DNA of 64,000 bases, from assembly GCA_016793875.1 (NCBI GenBank), contig JAEULG010000025.1:1252-65251 (forward strand), in the 5' to 3' direction. Every line of letters begins with the position of its first letter. Position 1 is the stretch's first letter. The translations under genes and the position numbers were made by a program. The notes beneath the pieces are model-generated. The model made no database searches. It saw nothing but the letters and a program-made list of their open reading frames with translations, and was not told where the DNA came from. Positions 1 through 7,935 of the stretch are shown here, piece by piece. This stretch comes from Rhodospirillales bacterium (GTDB taxonomy: Bacteria; Pseudomonadota; Alphaproteobacteria; Rhodospirillales; Defluviicoccaceae).

Positions 1-203
1 ACCGGCTCAGCCGCCGCCGGCCCGACCGTCAGCGCAATCACGGTATCCCCCTCGCCACGCAGGCGCAGGGCCAACTCCAGTGCTGCCGCATCGGCCGGAT
101 CCATGATGTACAGGGTCCGGTCTGCGTCGATCTCGCCGGTCAGCGGATCGACATCGATCGTCGCCGGATCGGGTACAAGGCTGAGACAAACGGCCAGCCG
201 CAT
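1..203 (-). CDS. etfB: Electron transfer flavoprotein beta subunit (FixA/EtfB-like), N-terminal 67 codons only; gene runs off the left edge
   Basis: Absent from the ORF track because no stop lies in the window. ATG at 203-201 follows a GAGGAG SD (complement of 207-216). Translation MRLAVCLSLVPDPATIDVDPLTGEIDADRTLYIMDPADAAALELALRLRGEGDTVIALTVGP fits the ETF-beta N-terminal pattern (V.K.VPD ... NP.D..ALE.AL). Confidence 0.8.
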   Translation of the reverse strand, partial: MRLAVCLSLVPDPATIDVDPLTGEIDADRTLYIMDPADAAALELALRLRGEGDTVIALTVGPAAAEP

Positions 204-219
204 CGGCCTTCTCCTCGAC

Positions 220-504
220 TCACGATTCCCGGAAGGTCACGCCGAAGCCGCCCGGCGGATATGTCCACCGCAACGCTCCCTCCTTACTGCAGACAAGGAA
301 GCAGGTGCCGCACTCGAAGCATTGCTCGTAGTTGAACAGCACGCTGCCGTCGTCGAGCGGCACGAACAGGTTTGCCGGGCAGACGCAGACACAGGCCTTC
401 GCCGCACAGGTCCGGCACTTCTCCGGGTCGAGGACAATGTGCGGTTCCTCCGCCACCTTGAAGCGGACGGTGCGCATCTTCTCCTCGTGCGTCGTCATCA
501 CCAT
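220..504 (-). CDS. fixX: FixX-type ferredoxin-like protein
   Basis: Internal start MVMTTHEEK of ORF 220..744. Cys clusters CRTCAAKACVCVCP and CFECGTCFLVC. About 94 aa, directly after fixC with overlapping stop/start (498-504). Confidence 0.85.
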   Translation of the reverse strand: MVMTTHEEKMRTVRFKVAEEPHIVLDPEKCRTCAAKACVCVCPANLFVPLDDGSVLFNYEQCFECGTCFLVCSKEGALRWTYPPGGFGVTFRES

Positions 505-1826
505 AGGTAGCTCCTCGCTGCCTGCAGAAGGTCGGCGATCAGGTGACGGGGCTTGGCGCCGGACTGGCGCATTGCCTTGAGGTAGAGCGGCAGGATCTTC
601 TGCTTGGCGTTGCCGTCGACCCTGAACAGCCGTTCGAAACTGGCCGCCGCCATCTCCGGGTAGAGGTTCTGCAGCCTCTCGCCGTTGACGAAGTGCGGCG
701 CATGACGGTAGGCGCGGAAGTCGGTGAAGACATTGTAGGGCCACAACAACTCGGTGTAGCGCTCAAGCGTATGGCGGGTGAAGTCGCGGACCCGGTGGGC
801 CTCGATCGCAGCCTCGCCGGCCGCCATGCCGGACTGCATGGCGTAGTTGATGCCCTCGATGTAGAGCCCGGTGGCAAGGCAGAAGCCGGCGGCATCGCCG
901 GCGACCAGCATGCCGGAGGCCACCAGCTTCGGCATCATCTCCCAGCCGCTCTCGGGGATCAGGTGGGCCGAGTATTCGCGCAGCTTCGCACCACGCAGCA
1001 GCGGCGCCACTGCCGGGTGCGCCTTGAACAGCTCCAGCAGCTCGTAGGGACGCTTGCCCGTCTCGACCAGAGAGGAGACCTGGGCGATCACCCCCAGCGA
1101 CAGCGAATTGCGGTTGGTGTAGAGGAACGCCCCGCCGCGCGCCTTGTCGGTGATCGCGCCGACGTATTCCAGCACCATCCCTTCGTTGCCGGAAAGATTG
1201 AAGCGCTCACGGATCGCCGCTTCCTCCAGACCCAGCACCTCCTTGACGCCCAGCGACAGCTCGTGCGTCTCCAGACGCCGCTGGAGGCCTGCCTGCTGCG
1301 CGAGAAAGGAATTGGCGCCATCGCAGGCAATGACGAGATCGGCGCGGATCTCGCCGTCGTCGCGGCGGACTTTCACACCGACCACCTTGCCGCGCTCCTT
1401 GATGACGCCATCGACCACTGTCGAGGTGAGCAGGAAGGCGCCCGCGGCCTCCGCCTGCGCCGCGAACCAGCGGTCGAACTTCGGCCGCAGGATGGTGAAG
1501 GCATTGTACGGCGGGGCGGCGTAGTCGGGGCTTGCGGAGCGAAAGTCGAGCGAGACCGCGGTGGTCGGCGAAATCAGGATGACGTCGCGCCGGCAGATGT
1601 AGCGCTCAACCGGCGCCTGTTCCCACCAGCCGGGGATCAGCTTGTTGAGCATGGCGCTGCCGTAGAACGCCGCGCCCGAGACGTTTTTCGCACCGGGGTA
1701 TTCACCCCGTTCGATCAGCAGCACGTTGAGCCCGGCGCGGGCGGCGACGATGGCGGCGGCGCTGCCCGCCGGACCGGCGCCGACGACGACGACGTCGAAG
1801 TGGTCGGTCGGCTTGGGCGCTCTCAT
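498..1826 (-). CDS. fixC: Electron-transfer-flavoprotein:quinone oxidoreductase FixC
   Basis: Start MRAPKPTDHFDVVVVGAGPAGSAAA (FAD dinucleotide-binding motif) inside ORF 498..2615. ATGA overlap with the upstream ETF-alpha stop (1823-1826). Length about 442 aa, typical of FixC. Confidence 0.9.
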   Translation of the reverse strand: MRAPKPTDHFDVVVVGAGPAGSAAAIVAARAGLNVLLIERGEYPGAKNVSGAAFYGSAMLNKLIPGWWEQAPVERYICRRDVILISPTTAVSLDFRSASPDYAAPPYNAFTILRPKFDRWFAAQAEAAGAFLLTSTVVDGVIKERGKVVGVKVRRDDGEIRADLVIACDGANSFLAQQAGLQRRLETHELSLGVKEVLGLEEAAIRERFNLSGNEGMVLEYVGAITDKARGGAFLYTNRNSLSLGVIAQVSSLVETGKRPYELLELFKAHPAVAPLLRGAKLREYSAHLIPESGWEMMPKLVASGMLVAGDAAGFCLATGLYIEGINYAMQSGMAAGEAAIEAHRVRDFTRHTLERYTELLWPYNVFTDFRAYRHAPHFVNGERLQNLYPEMAAASFERLFRVDGNAKQKILPLYLKAMRQSGAKPRHLIADLLQAARSYLW

Positions 1827-2926
1827 GGCAAAGCCTCTCTTGCGGAAGCGTCGCGCGGGCGGCCAGCGGCGGCAGCGACGGGGGTGCGGATGACCGGATC
1901 GAGAAGGGCGGGCCGCACCGCCGGCGCGGCCTGTGCCGCCTGCCGCAGGGTGCGCAGCTTGCGGATCAGCACCGGGACTACCGCATGCAGGTCGCCCACA
2001 ACGCCCAGATCCGCCAGCTTCAGCAGTGGCGCCGTCCGGTCGGTATTGACGGCGATGACCGTCTCGCTGCCGGTGATGCCGGCGACGTGCTGGCCGGCCC
2101 CGGAGACGCCCAGCGCCAGGTAAAGCTTCGGTGCGACGATCTTGCCGGTGGTGCCGATGAAGCGGTCCGCCGCCAGCCAGCCGCGGTCGGCGACCACCCG
2201 GGTGCCGCCCAGCGCCGCTTCCAGTTCGTCGGCGAGTTGCTGCAGCAGCGCCATCCCCTCCGGCCCGCCGACGCCGAGCCCGCCGGAGACGATGCGCTCC
2301 GCCTCGGTCAGGTCGACGTCGTGCGGATCGGGCGGCACCGTCCGCAGCGTCCGGTCGCGGAAGGTGGCGGGATCCAGCTCCGGCTCGACGACGGTGACGC
2401 TCGCCGGCCGGCCGGGCAGTGCCGGGCCGACGCCGCGCACGCCCGGCCACAGCATCACCATCACCGCCGTGCCGCGCGCCCAGATCTGGCGCTCGTGCAG
2501 CTTGCCGTCGTGGCTGACCCGGAACACCTCGGGGTAGCCCTCGTCGGTCACCTTGACGCGGATGCAGGCGCTGGCCAGCGGGATGCGCCAGCGGGCGGAC
2601 AGGCGCGGCAGCCACGAGCGGCCATAGCCGCTGTCTGGTGCCAAGGTGAAGACGGCGCGGGTCTCCTTGAGTACCGGCGCCACTGCCGCGAGCCAGCCGT
2701 CGGCGCTGAATTGCGCCAGCGCCTGATGCTCGATTACCGTGACGCGGTCAGCACCGTGCGCCGCCAGTTCGTCGGCAAGGGCCGCCGTCTGGTGGCCGGG
2801 AAGGATGACATGCACCGCGGTGGCGAGGCTCTCGGCGACGTCGCGCGCTTCCTCGACGCACTCCAGGCTCGCCGGGGTCAGCCCGCCGTAGATGGTCTCG
2901 GCAACGACAACGACCGGTGCCGCCAT
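1823..2926 (-). CDS. etfA: Electron transfer flavoprotein alpha subunit (FixB/EtfA-like)
   Basis: 367-aa ORF. The C-terminal FAD-binding region (PKLYLALGVSGAGQHVAGI, VIAVNTD) is typical of ETF-alpha. Start overlaps the stop of the upstream flavoprotein gene (TGATG at 2924-2928). Confidence 0.9.
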   Translation of the reverse strand: MAAPVVVVAETIYGGLTPASLECVEEARDVAESLATAVHVILPGHQTAALADELAAHGADRVTVIEHQALAQFSADGWLAAVAPVLKETRAVFTLAPDSGYGRSWLPRLSARWRIPLASACIRVKVTDEGYPEVFRVSHDGKLHERQIWARGTAVMVMLWPGVRGVGPALPGRPASVTVVEPELDPATFRDRTLRTVPPDPHDVDLTEAERIVSGGLGVGGPEGMALLQQLADELEAALGGTRVVADRGWLAADRFIGTTGKIVAPKLYLALGVSGAGQHVAGITGSETVIAVNTDRTAPLLKLADLGVVGDLHAVVPVLIRKLRTLRQAAQAAPAVRPALLDPVIRTPVAAAAGRPRDASAREALP

Positions 2927-4884
2927 CAGACTGCCCTCCCCGCCTTCTCGCCCTCGATGATCGCCGCGTGCGCCCGTCGCGGAGCGAGGCAGTCGCCGAT
3001 GCGGTGCAGATCCGCCACCTGTCCCTTGAGGGCGGTGTAAAGCCGGCAGTTGGCCCGCCGATGAATGGCGAGGACGACGGTATCGACCTCGGGAAAGCGG
3101 ACGATCTGGCCGCTATAGTTGTGGAGCGCCGTCACCACGCCGTCCTCGATGCTCAGCACCGAGTGGTTCGGCGTGCAGCGGATGCCGAGCCGGCGCGCTT
3201 GCCGGTACCAGTTCTCCAGGTCGAGGGTGACGCCCAGGTCCTGGCCGACGTAGAGGGTCTGCGTGACCACCTCCACCGCGCACCCCTGCTCCGCCATGAA
3301 CTCAGCGGTGCTGGTCGCCTCGTGGAAGCCGAGCCGGTCGATCAGCAGTACGCGCCGGCCCGGCGTCACCCGGCCGGCGAGGATGTCTGTCGCATCGGCG
3401 ACGCGGGGGCCGTCGGCGCCGGGGATGGCACGGCGGTCGGGCAGCGAGCCGGTCGCCACGATCACCGCATCCGGCTGCCCCGCGAGAACCATCTCCGGCG
3501 TCGCGGCGACGCCGGTCTGAATCCCCACCGGCAGCTGCTCGACCTCGTGCACGAGATTGCGGATGATATCGCCGAACTCGGCGCGGGCGGTGACCCGCAC
3601 CGCCCAGGCGACCTGACCCCCGAGCCGGTCTTCCTTTTCCAGCAGGGTGACCTGATGGCCGCGGCGGGCGGCGACGGCTGCCGCCTTCAATCCGGCGGGA
3701 CCACCGCCGATCACGGTCACCCGCTTCGCCGGCTTCGCCGGCTGGAGGGTGCCGGCGCCAAGCGACTGCTCGCGGCCGGTGGCCGGCGTCTCGATGCAGC
3801 CGAGCCAGCGGTTCAGGCCCATCCGGCCAACGCATTCCTGGTTGCACGACAGGCACAGGCGGATGTCGTCGGCGCGGTTTTCCCGCGCCTTGCGGGCAAA
3901 TTCCGGGTCGGCGATCTGCGCCCGGACGATGCCGACGAGATCGGCATGCCCTTCCGCCAGCAGCCGCTCCGCCTGGATCGGATCCTTGACCCGGCCGACA
4001 CCGATAACCGGCAGGTGCACCGCCTTGCGGATCGCCGACGGAATGAACATCGCGTAGTTGGGCGGGATGCGCATCGACGCTTCGATCATGTAGAGCGTCT
4101 GCGTCGCGGTCCCAATGCTGGTGTTGATGCAATCGATCAGCCGGTCACGCTCGAGCAACCGGGCCAGATCCACCGCCTCCTCGATGGTGATGCCGTCGCG
4201 GATGAGCTCGTCGCCGCAGAGGCGGACGCTGAGCACGTAGTCGCGGCCGACCGCCACGCGGATGGCGCCAATGATCTCGCGCAGCAGCCGCGCCCGGTTC
4301 TCCAGGCTGCCGCCGTAGGCATCGGTCCGGGTGTTGGTGCTGCGCGACAGGAACTGGCGGACGATCGAGGAATGGGAGCATTGCAGTTCAACGCCGTCGA
4401 AACCGCCACGCTTGGTGTAGCCGGCGACGGTGGCGTAGCCGTCGATGATCTGGTGGATGTCCTCGTGCTCGACCGCCTTCGGCACCTCACGGAACAGCGG
4501 ATCGGCGATGGCGGAGGGCGCCCAGGCCGGCAGCCGCGTGAACATCCCACTGCTCTGGCCGCCGTTATGGTTGATCTGCGCAAGGATGGGCGTTCCCTCG
4601 GCATGAACCATCTCGGTGATGCGGCGGTAGCCAGGAAGCACCGCAGGATTGAAGGCGTGGATCAGCTTCTCGTAAGGGTGGTCGGTCGGGTGGACCGAGT
4701 GCTCCTCGGTAATGATCAGGCCGGCGCCACCGCGCGCCCGCTCGCGGTAATAGCAGGCGTGGCGGTCAGTCGGCATGAAGTCTTCGGCGAAGTTGGTGAG
4801 GTGCGCCGAGAACACGATGCGGTTCTGCACCGTGATGTTGCCGATCTTCAACGGCGAGAACAGCAGGCGTGAAGGGCTGCTCAT
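2926..4884 (-). CDS. FMN/FAD iron-sulfur flavoprotein of the trimethylamine dehydrogenase / 2,4-dienoyl-CoA reductase family (OYE-like barrel + NAD(P)/FAD domain)
   Basis: Start MSSPSRLLFSPLKIGN. OYE-type barrel motifs (GGAGLIITEEHSVHP). Cx2Cx3Cx11C motif CLSCNQECVGRMGLNRWLGC. Rossmann motif VIGGGPAGLKAAAVAARRGHQVTLLE. GGGAGG SD lies inside the end of the upstream gene. Confidence 0.85.
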   Translation of the reverse strand: MSSPSRLLFSPLKIGNITVQNRIVFSAHLTNFAEDFMPTDRHACYYRERARGGAGLIITEEHSVHPTDHPYEKLIHAFNPAVLPGYRRITEMVHAEGTPILAQINHNGGQSSGMFTRLPAWAPSAIADPLFREVPKAVEHEDIHQIIDGYATVAGYTKRGGFDGVELQCSHSSIVRQFLSRSTNTRTDAYGGSLENRARLLREIIGAIRVAVGRDYVLSVRLCGDELIRDGITIEEAVDLARLLERDRLIDCINTSIGTATQTLYMIEASMRIPPNYAMFIPSAIRKAVHLPVIGVGRVKDPIQAERLLAEGHADLVGIVRAQIADPEFARKARENRADDIRLCLSCNQECVGRMGLNRWLGCIETPATGREQSLGAGTLQPAKPAKRVTVIGGGPAGLKAAAVAARRGHQVTLLEKEDRLGGQVAWAVRVTARAEFGDIIRNLVHEVEQLPVGIQTGVAATPEMVLAGQPDAVIVATGSLPDRRAIPGADGPRVADATDILAGRVTPGRRVLLIDRLGFHEATSTAEFMAEQGCAVEVVTQTLYVGQDLGVTLDLENWYRQARRLGIRCTPNHSVLSIEDGVVTALHNYSGQIVRFPEVDTVVLAIHRRANCRLYTALKGQVADLHRIGDCLAPRRAHAAIIEGEKAGRAV

Positions 4885-4885
4885 C

Positions 4886-6859
4886 TCAAACCTCCCGTCC
4901 CGCCCGATAGCCTTCCAGGATCGCCGAGGCCAGCGAGCGCGGCGCAACGCAGTCGCCGGCGCGGAAGACGCGCAGTCCGGCCTCCTTCAGGGTGAAGTAG
5001 AGGTCCTCGTCGGGGACCTCGTGCGCCACCGGGACCACCAGATCGACGTCGCCGATGACGACCGGAGAGCGGTCGAAGGCGTCGATGCCGCTGACGCTGC
5101 GCCCATCCACTTTCTCCACCACCACCTGCGGCCGGAAGACGATGGCCTTGGCGGCGGCGCGCTGGTTCCACGGCGTCAGCTCCATCGAGGCGGTCAGCCG
5201 CTGGCCGACGAACATATCGCGGGTGACCACCTCGACCGTCCAGCCGTGGTCGGCGAGCCACTCGGCAACACCCATGCCCCGATGATCGCCGACAACATCG
5301 AGCACGACCGCCTTTCCGGGGGTGGCGGCGGCCTTGCCGGCCATCACCTGTCGCGGAGCCAGCACCGGCATGCCATCGGTGAACGCGACGCGCGGGACGG
5401 TGCCGGCCCTCGCACCGACGGCAATGATCACCGCATCGGGTTCTTCTTCCTGCACCTCTGCCAGCGTCACGACCGTGCCGGTCCTGATGGTGACGTTCAG
5501 CCGACGGACCTGTGCTTCCAGCCAGTCCACCGCGAGCCCCAGCCGCTCCCGGCCAGGCGCCATTGCCGCAAGCCGGATCGCGCCGCCCAATCCGCCATCC
5601 TGCTCGCACAGGGTGACGCTGTGACCGCGCAGGGCGGCGACCCGTGCCGCCTCTAGGCCTGCCGGCCCGCCGCCCACCACCAGCACCCGGTAGTGCACCG
5701 GGGCGCGGGTCAGCGGAGCGAACTCGGGCGTGGCCTCGTAGCCGGCTGCCGGATTGTTGACACAGGACAGGCGCGGGTTCTGCACCAGCCCCACGACGTT
5801 GTCCTGGTTGGAGAGCACGCACGGCCGTACGGCCGCGGCGTTCCCCTCGCGGACCTTCGCCGGCAGCTCCGGATCGGCGATCAGCGCGCGCGTCATCTCG
5901 ACGGCATCGGCTTCGCCGCGGGCGATGATTCCAGCGGCCATGCCCGGATCGACGATGCTGCCTTGCGCGAACACCGGCACCGGCACCGCCGCCTTGATCA
6001 CGGCAGAAAGGTGAGCGGCAAAGCCCGGCGGCGCATAAAGACCGGGGCGGGTGAGATGGGCGCTGTAGATGCTGCCGCTAGTGACGCTAACGAAGTCGGC
6101 GAGGCCAGCCGTAGTGAACAGGCGGGCGATCTCTACCGCATCCTCCGGCTTGATGCCGGCCCAAGGTGCATATTCATCACCCACCAGCCGCAGCCCGACG
6201 ATCCCCGGTCCGACGGCGCCGCGCACGCCTTCCAGGATGGCGCGGGCGAAGCGCAGCCGGTTTTCGGCGCTGCCGCCCCAGCCGTCGCTTCGCTGGTTGG
6301 TCAGCGGCGAGAGGAACTGGCGGATGAGGCTGTCCTGGCCGGCGTTGATCTCGACGCCGTCGAGGCCGCCGGCCATCGCGTAGGCCGCCGCCTGGACAAA
6401 GCCATCGATGACCGAGACGATGTCCTCCTCCTCCATCTCCTTCGGCATTTCGCGGCTGTTGACCTCGGGGACCGGCGAGGGCGCCCACAGCGGCAGCTGC
6501 GAGTAGTGGCTGCTGCCCTGCATGCCGCTGTGAGTGAGGTGCGCCAGCGCCAGGGCGCCATGACGGTGGACTGCATCTGCCACCAGCCGGTAGCCGGCGA
6601 CCACGCCCGCCTCGTAGCCGAAAATGGCGTACTCGTACGGCCAGTCGGAGGGATGGACGACGCTGCCTTCGAGAACGATGAGGCCCGCGCCACCGGCGGC
6701 GCGGGCACCGTAATAGGCGGCGTGCCGCTTCTCGAAGCGGTGATGTGTGGCGAAGTTGGTCTGATGTGCCGCGAAGACGAGACGGTTTGCCGCCTCCCGC
6801 CCGCCGAGCGCCAGCGGGGCGAAGAGACAATCGAAGTCGTCCTGCCGCAGCGTCGGCAT
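4886..6859 (-). CDS. Paralogous TMADH/dienoyl-CoA-reductase-family flavoprotein lacking two of the four Fe-S cysteines
   Basis: 657-aa ORF with the same architecture (GGAGLIVLEGSVVHP; VVGGGPAGLEAARVAALRGHSVTLCE). The segment aligned to the Fe-S motif reads CVLSNQDNVVGLVQNPRLSC. Confidence 0.8.
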   Translation of the reverse strand: MPTLRQDDFDCLFAPLALGGREAANRLVFAAHQTNFATHHRFEKRHAAYYGARAAGGAGLIVLEGSVVHPSDWPYEYAIFGYEAGVVAGYRLVADAVHRHGALALAHLTHSGMQGSSHYSQLPLWAPSPVPEVNSREMPKEMEEEDIVSVIDGFVQAAAYAMAGGLDGVEINAGQDSLIRQFLSPLTNQRSDGWGGSAENRLRFARAILEGVRGAVGPGIVGLRLVGDEYAPWAGIKPEDAVEIARLFTTAGLADFVSVTSGSIYSAHLTRPGLYAPPGFAAHLSAVIKAAVPVPVFAQGSIVDPGMAAGIIARGEADAVEMTRALIADPELPAKVREGNAAAVRPCVLSNQDNVVGLVQNPRLSCVNNPAAGYEATPEFAPLTRAPVHYRVLVVGGGPAGLEAARVAALRGHSVTLCEQDGGLGGAIRLAAMAPGRERLGLAVDWLEAQVRRLNVTIRTGTVVTLAEVQEEEPDAVIIAVGARAGTVPRVAFTDGMPVLAPRQVMAGKAAATPGKAVVLDVVGDHRGMGVAEWLADHGWTVEVVTRDMFVGQRLTASMELTPWNQRAAAKAIVFRPQVVVEKVDGRSVSGIDAFDRSPVVIGDVDLVVPVAHEVPDEDLYFTLKEAGLRVFRAGDCVAPRSLASAILEGYRAGREV

Positions 6860-6864
6860 CGGCG

Positions 6865-7935
6865 TTACTCCGCCGCCTGCGCGGCAGTCGCCTCGGCAGC
6901 AAGCGGCGCGGCGACGCTCGCCTCATCGTCGCTGCCGAAGACGCAGTCGGGATCGGGCGCGTCCAGCGAGCGGCCGGTGAAGTGCTTCACCGCCATGCAG
7001 CCGCCGTGGCATGCGCTGTAGGCGTTGCACGTCTTGCAGCTGCCGCCGACCTGCCATTGCCGCAGGTGGGCGAACAGCGGTGATGTCCGCCACACGCCGG
7101 CGAAGCCACCCTCGTTGCGGACGTTGCCGCCGGAAAACTCTGGCGCGAGCATGAACGGGCACGCATAGACCTCGCCGACCGGATCGACGCAGCAGACGAT
7201 GCGCCCGGCCCCGCACATGTTCAGCCCGTCCATCGGCTCGCCATAGGCGGAGAGGTGGAAGAAGGAATCGCCGGTCAGCACGTCGCGGTGCGCCCGCAGC
7301 CAGTCGTAAAGGCCGCGGTTCTGCGTGTGCGTCGGCCGCAGGGCGTCCCAGACGTCGACGCCGCGGCCGCTCGGGCGCAGCCGGGTCAGCCGCAGTTCGG
7401 CGCCGTAGCCGCTGGCCAGCGCGTACAGCGCATCGAGCTCGGGATAGTTGTGGCGGGTGACGGTGGCGTTGATCTTGAACCGAAAGCCGCGCCCGGCAAG
7501 CCGTTCCATCGCCCGCACCGCGCGCTTGAACGAGCCTTCGCCGCGCACCGGATCGCTTGTTTGCGCGGTGGCACCATCGACGCTGATCTGCACGTCAAGA
7601 TAGTCGCGCGACGCGATCCAGTCGGCGGCATGGTCGTCGATCAACGTACCGTTGGTGCTGAACTTCACGCCGATGCTGCGGTCGAGGGCGTAGTCCATCA
7701 GCGCGAAGAAGTCGGGCCGGCTCATCGGCTCGCCGCCGCCGACATTGATGTAGAACACCTGCATCTCAGCCCACTCGTCGATCAGCCGTCTGGCCTCGGC
7801 GGTGGTCAGTTCGTCGCGACGGCGCTTGCCGGACGACGACAGGCAGTGGACGCAGCGCAGGTTGCAGCCGTAGGTGAGTTCCCAGGTCAGGCAGATCGGC
7901 GCGTCCAGGCCCTTGCGGAAGACCTCGTAGGTCAT
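6865..7935 (-). CDS. mftC: Radical SAM/SPASM peptide maturase, mycofactocin maturase MftC-like
   Basis: Start MTYEVFRKGLDAPICLTWELTYGCNLRCVHC (Cx3Cx2C). Also MQVFYINVGGGEP, GVKFSTNG, LRLTRLRPSGRG, VLTGDSFFHLS, LNMCGAGRIVCCVDPVGEVYACPF and the SPASM motif CKTCNAYSACHGGC. These blocks closely match remembered actinobacterial MftC sequences. ATGA overlap with the upstream methyltransferase. Confidence 0.85.
   Translation of the reverse strand: MTYEVFRKGLDAPICLTWELTYGCNLRCVHCLSSSGKRRRDELTTAEARRLIDEWAEMQVFYINVGGGEPMSRPDFFALMDYALDRSIGVKFSTNGTLIDDHAADWIASRDYLDVQISVDGATAQTSDPVRGEGSFKRAVRAMERLAGRGFRFKINATVTRHNYPELDALYALASGYGAELRLTRLRPSGRGVDVWDALRPTHTQNRGLYDWLRAHRDVLTGDSFFHLSAYGEPMDGLNMCGAGRIVCCVDPVGEVYACPFMLAPEFSGGNVRNEGGFAGVWRTSPLFAHLRQWQVGGSCKTCNAYSACHGGCMAVKHFTGRSLDAPDPDCVFGSDDEASVAAPLAAEATAAQAAE

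Noticed and set aside
7-189. 60-aa minus-strand ORF at the left edge
   Set aside because: It is out of frame with the ETF-beta reading frame, which starts at 203 with a strong SD and has a clear family N-terminus. Its sequence is Arg-rich and looks like a shadow frame.
543-2123. 526-aa plus-strand ORF, and similar long ORFs such as 2917..4872(+), 5693..7021(+), 16127..17587(-), 21904..23850(-), 40811..42442(+), 46229..47851(-), 47640..49166(+), 54133..55521(-) and 58623..60335(-)
   Set aside because: Each lies antisense to, or out of frame with, a gene carrying unmistakable family motifs (fixC, flavoproteins, GT2, ileS, rpoD, carA, GH17, fadL, leuA). Their translations are Arg/Pro/Ala/Gly-rich with no recognisable domains. 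Stop-poor shadow frames are expected at this GC content.
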